Of a stretch of 34,443 nucleotides of DNA, positions 10,779-21,740 are shown piece after piece. Position numbers and translations under genes: made by a program. The stretch covers positions 59,230,838 to 59,265,280 of the forward strand of contig NC_057718.1 in NCBI RefSeq assembly GCF_004010195.1, given 5' to 3'. The notes below the pieces were generated by a model. The model was not told where the DNA came from. It made no database searches and saw only the letters and a list, made by a program, of their open reading frames with translations. The stretch comes from Chiloscyllium plagiosum. Lineage: Eukaryota. The stretch's first letter is position 1. Every line of letters begins with the position of its first letter.

Positions 10779-12350
10779 TCCAGCTCCAGGATCTCAATGC
10801 TCAATACACAAGAACAACAGCCAATTAGGTGGAGGCTGTCAGAAAGGAAGTTCCTGTTTTTTTTTTAACCCTCTGAAGCGAAGAGACAATGATGTAAATC
10901 AAGATGGCAAGTGGCATGAATAGAAACTTGATCCCAAACAGCTACTCCCTCCGGCCTTCCACATTGTAGAGACTGTTGAATTGGGAAATGTTTTCAAAGA
11001 AACCTTCACAGATTGGCAGGTCACTAGCTCACAATTTATATATTTTTTTAAATAACTTAATTTCACTGCCTTATTTCTCCAAAGTTGCTACATTTACACC
11101 TTTGACTATATCTTTATCATCTCCCCTATTCGTACTCCTCATACCTTGTTTTTCCACAGAGTTGATCGCCATATCAGAATCTGCACAGAGATCATTCTGG
11201 AGGAGTGTCCATGGGGTCACCAGAAGCAGTGGGCACAGGGGTCACATTGAAGGAATGGGCACAGACAGCCAGAATAATGATCAGAGGAAGAGTAGCATGC
11301 TCGTTGAAATGGAAGGGGCGAGGAAAGCACTTGGGAAAAAGTTTGGAAATATGCACTAAAATTTATTTATTTTTGCTTCTTTTATAACCTGTAGGAAGCT
11401 GCATTTTGTTGCCTATAATAACTGCATATACAAATTTAACAACTATGAACAGTTTGAATGTGCCTTATAGATCACAATCACTTAGCCTGTGAATCAAGAT
11501 TCATCCCAAAATCACACTATTTGATTTCAAATGATGCACTCGGGAATTATCAAACACCGAAGGCATGTTAATATTTACTGGTAGGGAAAACAGCCCACTT
11601 GATTGGTGCCACATCCACCACCTTAAATAATCCTAGTTCTTTCACCTGTTACACAGTGGCAGCAGTGTGTACCATCTACAAGAATGCACCGCAGTGGTCC
11701 ACCAAGGCTTCACAGCCAGACCACCTGCCTAACTGGTGAACTCCACCAGTTCGAAAAACCAAGGGCAGCATATGCATGGGAACACCACCACCTGCAAGTT
11801 ATCTTCCAAGCTACACACCAGCCTGACTTGGAATTATACCACCGTCCATTCACTATTATTGGGTCAAACTTCTGGACCAATTTCCTGATAACATTATTAT
11901 TGCATCCAACAAGTCAAGAAATCAGCTCAAGAAGCTGGCTCACCACCACCTTCTCAAGGACAACTCGGAATGAGCAATAATGCTGGCCCTAGCCAGTGAT
12001 GTCTATATTCTGTAATGGAATAAATAGAAACCAAGAAAAATGCACTGTGCACTGGGCAAAAGACTTGTCTTCATATTCCTACTTCTATTGTTTTCAGTAA
12101 GAGAATGAGATGTGAATATGATAACTTGATTCACATAAAAATAAATAACAGAATTACTATAATATTGGGTGTGTTAAGGTTTTTTTTAAAAAAAAACATG
12201 TTGATCTACGTTAGTAAGTTAGAAATATCTTCGCGTTTGGACCTTATGTCCTGTAGTGGTTTTTTGTGCAAAACAACCTTTGCCTAATCCAGTAATTATT
12301 CATTCTAACTAAACCACCTTTAAAAGCTTAGGCTTTATCAGCCTTCTTAC

Positions 12351-12486
12351 CCAAGTGTATCAGCCCAAATCCACCATTACCAATAACTTTCCCAAGTTTC
12401 CAGTGTTTCTTTTCAAAATCCACAAGGATAAAGCCCTCAGGGAGAGGATCAGGAAGCTTCTTTCTCATGTTGCCTTTGGGTGGCAT
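12351..12486 (-). CDS. VRK2: VRK2-like kinase first coding exon (exon begins at 12491 with 5 nt of 5'UTR)
   Basis: Acceptor ccttttgttAG, then GTCTG ATG; 136 coding nt, donor GTaaga; MPPKGNMRKKLPDPLPEGFILVDFEKKHWKLGKVIGNGGFGLIHL with the Gly-rich loop; the short MPPK...KLP.P.PEG N-terminus is VRK2-like rather than VRK1-like. Confidence 0.92.
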
Positions 12487-13008
12487 CAGACCTAACAAAA
12501 GGAAGACATGTTTTATTCATGTTTACAAATGCATAAAACAAACTACAGTTTCTTTTTCCACAGAATGTTATGCCTTCTTTTATCAATGTAACTGATCAAG
12601 CTCATGCGATATATGGTGGTCTCATATATGTAAGATATATACTATATATAAAAATAGATCAACTTTTGAGATGGTTACAAGAGTTAGTGTTACAACACAG
12701 ACAGCCAAATCATATCAGCCTCCCTATCCCCATATTCACAAAATAATAAAATTAAAATATTCAAATAACCCTCAAAATTGACTCCAATGGTTCCTAACCA
12801 GAGTTTTTTGAATAACCAGTACCAGACTTTGTGAATAATCAAAACTATGATGCACACTGGCTATATAGCTAAAAAAGATTTCACAATTTATTAGTAATAC
12901 AGTAATTTTAGCAGAGCAAAATTCAACAAATAATCCAATTAATGTCTAAGATTTTTCCTTCTAGCCTCCAGTCTCACACAAAGATAGAGACAATCAGAAG
13001 TAGTTAAG

Positions 13009-14663
13009 CTACCTAGCTACCTAGACTACACCTCCCTGTATACATCTTTCCACCACGGCGAAGGTCTCCAAGCCTTCCATTTCTTGCCCTCACGCCGTCC
13101 CAACCAGTACCTTTCCACTGACACTCATCTGTCTGGCTGAACTGGTTCTCACCCTCAACAACTTCTCCTTCAAATCCTCCCACTTCCTCCCTTCCTCCAA
13201 ACCAAAGGGGTAGCCATGGGCACCCACATGGGACCCAGCTATGCCTGCCTGCTTGTCAGATATGTGGAACAGTCCATCTTCCACAGTTACACCGACACCA
13301 GCCCCCACCTGTTCCTCTGCTTATCGATGATTATATCATCGCCACTTCATGCTCCCATGAGGAGGTTGAACAGTTCATCAACTTTACCAACACCTTCGAC
13401 CCTGACCTCAAATTCACCTGGACCATCTCGGCAACCTCCCTCCCCTTTCTGGACCTCTCCATCACTGTCTCCAGCGACCGACTAACCACAGACATCTTCT
13501 ACAAACCCATCAAATTCCACAGCTACCTAGACTATACCTCCTCCCAACCTACCTCCTGTAAAAATGCCATCACTTATTCCCACTTCCTCTGCCTCCGCCG
13601 CATCTGTTCCTAGGATGACCAATTCCACCTTAGAAATTCCCAGATAGCCTCCTTCTTCCAAGATCACAACTTCCCCTCCCACATCGTTGATGATGCTGTC
13701 CAGCGCATCTCCTCCATTTCACACACCACTGCCCTTGAACCCCACCCTTCCCAATGCAACAAGGACCCAACCCCCCTGATCCTCACCTTTCACCCCATCA
13801 ATCTCTGCATACATCACATCATCCTCCACCACTTCTGCCATCTCCAAACGGACCACACCACCAGAGATTTATTACCCTCCCCACCCCTATAAGGAGAGAC
13901 CATTTCCTCTGTGACTCTCTCGTCCACTCCGGGCATGTTCCCCTGCCACTGCAGGAAGTGCAAAACCTACGCCCACACCACTCCTCTCACCTCTGGGCAA
14001 GGCCCCAAAGGATCCTTCCACATCCATCAGAAATTTACCTGTACCTCCACCGATGTCATCTACTGTATCTGTTGCACCTGGTGTGGTCTCCTCTACATTG
14101 GGGAGACAGGACGCCTTCTTGCGGATCGTTTCAGAGAGCATCTTTGAGTCACCCACACCAACCCCACCGCCTTGTGGCTGAACACTTTAACTCCCCCTCC
14201 CACCCAATGACATGCAGGTCCTTGGCCTCCTTCACCATCAAACCGTTACCACCCGATGCCTGGAGGAAGAAAACTTTCGACCCTGCAACCACACAGGATA
14301 AATGTGGATCTCAACCGCTTCCTCATTTTCCCTCCCACCACATTATCCCAGTACCAAGCCTCCAACTCGGCACCGCCCTCCTGATCTGTCCATCACCTTT
14401 CCCATCTATCTGCTTCACCCCCCACCCCTATCTATCACCCTCGCCCTCACCTTCATCCACCTATCGCTTTCTTAGTTTCCTTCCCCCCAACCCCAACCCC
14501 CTCCCATTTATCTCTCGGCCCCCCTGGCCCACAAGCCTCATTCCTGATGAAGGACTTTTGCCCAAAACATCGATTCTCCTGCTCCTCGGATGCTGCCTGA
14601 ACTGCTTTTCCAGCACCACACTCTCGACTCTGATCTCCAACATCTGCAGCCCTCACTTTCTCA
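13009..14663 (+). mobile_element. 5'-truncated, disrupted Penelope-like retroelement (RT + Cys linker + GIY-YIG; Neptune-like)
   Basis: SLYTS, LNNFSF, MGTHMGPSYA, LPFLDL, YLDYTS RT remnants; CHCRKCKT linker; DVIYCICCTWCGLLYIGETGR..RFREH endonuclease; frameshifts and stops; TSD tagttaag at 13001-13008 and 14664-14671. Confidence 0.92.
14541..14575 (+). ncRNA. Decayed minimal hammerhead motif in the PLE 3' repeat
   Basis: CUGAUGA-A-GGAC-uuuu-GCCC-AAAAC-AUC; CpG-decayed version of GGGC-uuuu-GCCC-GAAAC-GUC seen at 10753-10778. Confidence 0.55.
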
Positions 14664-15739
14664 TAGTTAAGGGACAAATCTAAAGGAAAAATAAATGAGA
14701 TATAACTGGCCAGTTCACTCAAAAGGACTCCACGATCCATAACATCACCAACACATAGAATTATACTTGCTTGGATTCGGACGACACTAATGCATGCAAA
14801 CCTCTTCCGGAAGGCTCCGAGGAATATTCATTTAATTCTTATAACAGAGATTCTATTCTCCACATTTTCAATAAATTGATAATAAGAGGACAACCTGGCA
14901 GCAATCAAACCTCTGTTCACAAACAGAATCCTTCTGGCCTAAACACAACCAGGCCCAGTTCAAACTCTGGCCTCTCTCTGCTTGACTAACAGTCTCCACA
15001 CAAGGTCCGAGTTGATATTCAACATCTGCCATCTGCTTGAGCATAAGTGTCTATAAAGCACTTTTTAATAAGAATCAGTCTGTAATTAACTTACAGGTCT
15101 GACCTTAAATGCAAAATTCAGCTTGTTTGTTCTTATGCTTTGGTCAACATAAGCTGCTGTTTGCAGTCCAAAGGTGATCTTCAGCTCTCAGCTCACAGTT
15201 CACAGCTACAAACCAAAAATGATTTTAAAAAAATGAAATACCGTTGACGGTCTGACAGCAACTTTGGGAATGCATCAGAACAATTTGGAGTTGCAGTTGC
15301 TGACAATAAGTCTATGCTCCACCACAGGGGACAATATTGACTTGTCCCTCCCCACAACCTACTCCATATCAGAGATCTCCAAATCATTCAGTGAGCTGGC
15401 AAACTCACTTTTACACTGCTGATCGCATTGTAAAACTCCTTTAAAAAAATTATGTGGTTGAATGTGATGGGATTGTTTTAAAGTGCATTCACTTCATAAT
15501 TACAAATCAACAATTCTGCTTCTATCACAATCCACTATAATTATTTTTCAGTATTTGAAATCGAATTTAGAAATGGGGGAATTCAATGCTTCTAGCTTCC
15601 AAATTTATTCTATTCACTGACATGATAACTGCTGGATGGCTGGAGATCCCCTTGACACTGCAGCCAGATTCAAACTGCCATCAGGAAAGAGGAAGTCAGC
15701 ACATAAAGTTACCAGATCTCAGTCAACAGAGTCAGATAT

Positions 15740-15855
15740 GGATGTAGGTTTGCTCGCTGAGCTGCAAGGTTCATTGAAAATGAACCTTCCAGCTCAGAGA
15801 GCAAACCTACATCCAGAACCTCAACGTGAGCTACAAATCTTCTCAAAACTCGCTA
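15740..15855 (+). mobile_element. Miniature fold-back element of the same family as 7400-7782
   Basis: ~37-bp inverted arms with a 3-nt loop plus 40-nt tail; TSD agagtcagatat / agagtcagttat (15728-15739, 15856-15867). Confidence 0.8.
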
Positions 15856-17141
15856 AGAGTCAGTTATCTCCAGCATGAGTGGCATGTGACCACATTTTGC
15901 CATTCAATAAAAAAAATCAGGCTGAATCTGAATTCCATAGCCCAGAAAAAGGAAAAACATGGTCAGATTAACATTGACTCCTTTTTTATGTTGACTCCAT
16001 GGTGTAAAGATTTACCAAATAATGAAGCTGGAACATATTTTTCCAAAAATCATTGACTTGAATTGGAATGCAATGCAATACAATTATTCTAAATGTATTG
16101 GTTGTTCCCCCATGAATTTAATGAATATCTGAATTTCCACTGGTTGGTCAGACTCATCATTAGAAGTGTACGGTTTGATGAAGTTCTTTACTTGTATCCA
16201 TTTTTGTACTGAACAAACCAGCAATCTTTGACTGATAACATTGATGGACCAGATAAATCTCGGGGTTGCTAGGCGGCAATGTTCAATTCTGCCCAGCAAT
16301 AGGGAGAAACTGCCAAGTATTTGATAGGTCACTCAGGACAGTACCAAAATGTAGTTCAAAGGTTACAGGCAGTGAATGTGTATTTGGAGAAACAGACTTT
16401 TCCCAATTATGTTGATAATAATTTGCTTGTTCACTAGCCCCAGTATCTCATCATTTGTTAATTATTTCTTTCAAAAGGTTCTTTACTTCTCCCCCAAACC
16501 CACAATTCAAAGCCAATGAACAAGTTGGTTTGTCTTTACATAAGTTTCAAGTCTCTAATCTGTGCATCACCTCAAAGGAAGCTCTTTGTCATTCACTTAA
16601 GGCCTTAATACTTTTCCAATCGCTTTTAAAAGGGTCTACATATTCCATGTATTAACTTGGTGAGGCATGATTAAAACAACGGAAAAATCAGTTCTTCACA
16701 GAAAAACAGCACGCTTTAATCACAATGCCAATTCATTGCTTCAAAAATCCCATCTACAAATACAGAAATTCATTTTATATTAATACACAAAACTATTTGC
16801 TAGTTATCTTGAGGTTCGTGAACCAGTATCTTAGCAGCTCAAAGCAAATGTTGTATTTAAAAGCTTTCAAAATATATGTTTTAATCCATTGCATCCAAAA
16901 GGTGTTGTCATTAATTTTTGAAGCCATTCTGAAAGCCTGCAAACAAGTGCATTGGCGTAGAATTGTTACGATCACTAATTCACACTTGAGCAGGCTGCTG
17001 CAAGGCTACTTGTCACCTGGAGGTGAACCTTGAACTTATTGTTGCTCACTCCTCCAATACACTTGAGGAAGAAATGATAGAACCCAGATTACACGTCGAA
17101 TGGAAGAGAGAGACACAAAGTAAACTGCCCAGCAGGTAGGG

Positions 17142-17478
17142 TGTCATGTCTAAAATGCAGCAGTGATCAACAGAAGATCTTTATTGAAGTGAAGATATCA
17201 GTCTACAGCAACAATGGCTCATGGTGAGAGGTCACAAGTTTATGGCAGACTAGGGACGACATTTATATACAGTAGACCCCCGCATCTATAGGAGATACAT
17301 TCCTGGACCTACCACGGATAGGAGCGAACACATTCATTTCATTGAGAAACGTACCTTCCTGACAGCCTCCTGGTCCCTGGTTCCCTGTAATATGTTCAGG
17401 GCGCGGTAATCTGTGCATAACTGAAACCGCGGAAACGATTCCGCTGATATGGGGGTCACCTTGTATTTCAATACAACA
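17142..17478 (-). mobile_element. Gypsy 3' LTR interrupted by a MITE
   Basis: Minus strand: purine tract aaaatggggaa then TGTTGT...AATAAA...TGACA; similar to the segment at 19610-19709. Confidence 0.6.
17270..17463. mobile_element. Tigger/pogo-like MITE
   Basis: Imperfect TIRs CAGTAGACCCCCGCATC / GATATGGGGGTCACCTTG flanked by TA. Confidence 0.65.
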
Positions 17479-18228
17479 TTCCCCATTTTATACATAATTG
17501 ATGCTTTGTTTTTCTTGTTTATGTATTTTTAAAGTCTTCCAAGTTATTAAATATATAGATGACAGTTCTATGCACTGGCAGTTCATTACTACTGCCTATC
17601 TATGCACACATGTTGCACACATAAGCCTTCAATCATGCTGGTTTCATAATGAAATGTGCATGCTGTTGTCATGGCTGTTCGGGTGGGTGATGTTGTTTCC
17701 CAAGGTAATGTCATTCCTGGATCATTCACTGTTATTGTGACACCCACTGCTGATGTGTAACCAGTGCAGCTGGTGGATTCACCTCATCCTGATCTGCTGC
17801 CTCAAATTAAGGACTAACCTCCCCAGTTGGATTTCCATGCCTGCAATTTCAGTGTAGTATATCTGGTCACTCATTTCTACTGAATACGATTGGAATGACA
17901 ATTGCTCTATGCAGGTCACAAGTTGTAACTTGAACTGAATGGTTGTATCTTGACTGGCTCTTCAATGCTAAACTCTGACAATGATTTATCAGTCTTGTCA
18001 TTTGCTTTGTTTTGTTGTTCGCTTTTGTTACTACTTCTGGCTTCAGTAGATTTTTGTTGCTGGAAGAGTAGTTTGGATTCAGCGTGATATTAGTCTTTGT
18101 ACTGATCTATTTTGAATGGCTTCATTAGGTGTGTTTCTCCACTGAAAGATTACAATCAAATGCAAGGGATTTGCTTTATTTCCTTATAATTCTTTGCGAT
18201 TTTTGCTGCCACCTCAGCCTGGCCATTT

Positions 18229-18445
18229 TGAAATAACCCCAGACGCCAGTATCCTGTCACCAAGTCACACTTTATTAACACGTGGAGAGTCCTTGACACT
18301 TATCCAGCTCTCAGTGAACAGGATGCCTGACACTCCTGTTCTTATCTTTCAGCCAGAGTTCCCGAATTGGACCAGGTCAACAGTCCCAATCAGGAAACAC
18401 ATTTTCTATGAGGTCTACCTAGCTGACCTTGTTACAATCACTACA
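18229..18445 (-). mobile_element. Solo LTR (217 bp)
   Basis: TG...CA termini, exact 5-bp TSD CATTT (18224-18228, 18446-18450), AATAAA on the minus strand. Confidence 0.85.
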
Positions 18446-18450
18446 CATTT

Positions 18451-19560
18451 GACTGAGAGTATGTTGTATGTTATTAAATTTCCGAGTTGCTTATGCAGTA
18501 ACTAAATTCTTCACTCATGAACTGAGGGTCACTGTTACATATTGCAGTCAGGAATGCCACAACTGAAGAGTGCTTCCCGGCATTGAGCAGTAGTCATTGA
18601 AGCCAACGGTCTACCTCAGAATTGTAGTCGAATGTGACAGGATAATCAGTTCCTGTGAGCTTAAAAGATCCACTTCCAATTTCATTCATAAACTGATTGC
18701 GATGTCATGTGTCTTCAATAGTCTCTAACTTGCTTAATTTGATACTCATTACAAGACCTGCATTGACTGATGTGGCCATTGATTTGATTGCTCATGTTCG
18801 GCCAATAGAATACATTGCTTGCTTTCGTCAAACGTGATTCAATTCTCCACTGGCTTACATGGATCTGCATCTCTCCCCTCAATTCCTTCCTGATAATTAT
18901 TCTACTTCCTTTGTACAATATGCCATATTGGGCTTTGAATTAATCTCTTTATGCCTGATGTGCTCATCCAGCAGGAAGTGTCTATGCGATGCTCTCTGGC
19001 CATCCTTTTATTGCTACTTTTAGCAACAGTTGGAGATTTGCATCCCATTGGACAGTCTGCTTGATTGAAACAAGTACTTGTCTGTTAAATTCAATATCTC
19101 TGCTCTTGATTTCCAAGGTATACTAAGCTGCTCCTTCATGTTGATTTCACGCTGTGTTGTAACATCCTCCACTTTCATCTGGAGGACTTCTCTTGACAGC
19201 ATGTCTACAATATGCATCAGCTTGCCTTGCATCTATGTCACAGATGACATCTTGGTAATTGGAATAACAATCTTTGCAGATGCTTTGGAGCAGATAGTAG
19301 TGGCTTGAAGAAAATCCTTAGAACTGGCTTGTGGTCAGAGTTAGCTGTCAGTTTTTCTCAGTAGGTACTGATGAAAATGTTTGGAGGCAAGGATAATGGT
19401 TTTTATCTACTGTTTGGTCTCATCTGTTAGAAAATGCCTCCCCCATGTTAATCTGCTGTCTAAGCCTATTCAAGCAATCTGCTTATCCTTGGAACCTATT
19501 TGCACCGTGCCACTAGCTTGCGAACTGTCATGTCTGCCACAGTATGTTCAGCCAGAATTG
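18451..19560 (-). mobile_element. Degenerate Ty3/Gypsy pol (RNase H to integrase)
   Basis: HFHQYL, SDHKPV, GKLMHIVDMLSR and YKGSRIII...FYWPNM...CRSC (integrase Zn-binding region); many stops. Confidence 0.85.
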
Positions 19561-19609
19561 GCAATATTTCAGATTGAAATGCAATCATGGACAAATCTTG
19601 CTATGATTA

Positions 19610-19723
19610 TGTGACCTCTACCATGAGGTGCACACACCCTCTGGGGCGATATCTTCACTTCATCAAAGACCTCATGTCGAACACAATGCTGTGCGATACA
19701 CACAAAACATGGCGTCAGAAGTG
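19610..19723 (+). mobile_element. Partial LTR followed by a primer-binding site
   Basis: LTR-like end ...AAAACA directly followed by TGGCGTCAGAAGTG (19710-19723), resembling the complement of a tRNA-Leu 3' end. Confidence 0.6.
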
Positions 19724-19974
19724 ACATTGAGGTGAATGTAGCAGACTATGAGAACGTATAGCAAGAGGCAGAGACACACTGGTATGTAAATCTGAGTTGC
19801 AACGGGAAGAAATTAATGAAACAAAGATCAATGAAGCAAGCTAATCAGAAGTGACATTGAGGTGAATGTAGCAGACTATGAGAAAGTATAGCAAGAGGCA
19901 GAGACACACTGGTATGTAAATCTGAGTTGCAACAGGAAGAAATTAATGAAACAAAGATCAATGAAGCAAGCTAA
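19715..19974 (+). repeat. 130-bp tandem duplication (2 copies)
   Basis: 19715-19844 vs 19845-19974, two substitutions. Confidence 0.95.
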
Positions 19975-20065
19975 AGTTCAAACACTCATTAAGAGAAAAT
20001 GGATGCAGCTTTACCTTACCATCTCCTTTTCAAATGAGAAGAGATATGGAGCAAATCAAGAGCAA

Positions 20066-20364
20066 GGGGTGGCACAGTGGCTCAGTGGTTAGCACTGCCG
20101 CCTCACAGCACCAGGGTCCCAGGTTCAATTCCAGCCTCGGGCGACTGCCTAAGTGTCTGTGTGGGTTTCCTCTGGGTGCTCCAGTTTTCTCCCACAGTCC
20201 AAATATGTGCAGGTCCGGTGAATTGGCCGTGCTAAACTGGCCTTAGTGTTAGGTGCATTAGTCAGATGGAAATGGGTCTGAGTGGGATACTCTTCGGTGG
20301 GTCAGTGTGGATTTGTTGAGCCGAAGGGCCTATTTCCACACTGTAGGAAATCTAATCTAATCTA
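20066..20364 (+). mobile_element. HE1/V-SINE with internal deletion and (AATCT)n tail
   Basis: tRNA head, core, tail ending aatctaatctaatcta. Confidence 0.9.
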
Positions 20365-21453
20365 AAAAATGTTTCCACGCACAGTGGCAGAATCATGAGA
20401 TAGTGTTTTGGTTTGTTGAGGAAACCAGAACAGTTACAAGTTGCTACCCTATTATTGCTGCTGAGAAGAGTCTGGGGTTCAATGGGGGCCTTCAAAGCTA
20501 ATAAGAATTCTTTCACCTCTCTTTTTCTGCTCTTCAGAAAGAGATTCAGTATGGAATATATTTTGAAAGTTTCCCAACAGGAATTATTCAAATAAAATTG
20601 AAACGATAACAACAAAAACACATATTGCAAAGTCAAATGTTACCAAAAAAACTACCACAAACAAACTGCTGGCACTGAACAACCCCCATCACTGTCATTA
20701 GTATCCTGCATTTACAGACCACATAGTCCACAGTCTTGCATGATGTTAATGAATAATATTGAAACTGTCACAGACCAGGCAGCACATAACATTTTGCTAT
20801 AAATGTATAGATTTAATGATTACTTACATTTATTGCTGATATGCCAAATATCCACTTATTTTACTGAGCTGCATTTACATAAAAGCTATGTGCAAAGAAA
20901 GCACTGTGACAAATACATTACTCACTTCTGTATGTGAATGTCATAAGTTGACTGTAAATCACATTTCTTGCTTTAGTAGGCAAATGTCACAGTACATATC
21001 AAAAAGGAACTTCCCTTTTCTTCCCCATTCTCTCAGAAATAGCTGTGTTGTTTCCAAAAATCTACCAGAATTTTTTGACTGACTAAGATCAGCAATACAA
21101 TACAATTTAGAACATGGTGCATCGTACTGAAGAAATACCACTTTCAACTAAAAAACATCTGCATATGAAGAGACGTTGGCCTTCTGCGGAGCTTAATCTA
21201 TTTAAATAACTGTATAATGGCTGCCTCCACAATGGAAACCCCTGGCACCACATTGGAAACCCCCGCTGTATAAACACACAGAAGCAACAAGCAGACTGTG
21301 GGTTAAAGCTCTGCTATTTGTCTGCCAGTCACAATCATACAACAAAAACAACCTCAAAAACAAATCACTGATTCAAGCAGAAGTATTCCTCCAAATGCCC
21401 ATCACACAGACTGCCACATGCCCAATCCCTCAATGAAATTCTAGCCTGACCAA

Positions 21454-21740
21454 TCATAGAAATATAGAATACCACATTGCAGAAAGAGGCCATTTGGCCA
21501 ATATTAATGCACTGATAATCCAATGAGCATCCCACCCAGACCCAGACCCCCACCCTATCCCTGTAACTCCGCATTTACCACAGCCAAATCAACCTAACTG
21601 CACAACTTTGGACTGTTGGAGGAAATCCAGACAAAGGGGAGAACGTGTAAACGCCATACATCAGTTACCTAAGATTGGAATCGAACCAGTGTCCCAGATG
21701 CTGTTAGGCAGGAGTGATAACCACTGAGTCACCATGCCAC
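21454..21740 (-). mobile_element. HE1/V-SINE (degenerate)
   Basis: Reverse complement of head (GACTCAGTGGTTATCAC...GGTTCGATTCC), core and tail. Confidence 0.85.

Larger units (their letters stand above)
8175..12025 (+). mobile_element. Old LINE 3' half split into four pieces (~8175-8345, 8612-8658, 9378-9505, 11585-12025) by younger insertions
   Basis: Collinear RT C-terminal remnants WQV..TPCKC...HPLTFNDIAI..SPTVNI / THLLTP..LST.YKAEVRS...AAPTTLKKL / KTAHLIG, then 3'UTR ending in gaataaa. Confidence 0.7.

Noticed and set aside
13754..14683. 309-aa ORF, the longest in the track
   Set aside because: Pro/His/Ser-rich off-frame read through the C-rich Penelope element; the real endonuclease motifs are in another frame
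20066..20140. tRNA-like sequence (also at the other HE1 heads)
   Set aside because: SINE heads continuing into SINE core and tail; no complete cloverleaf
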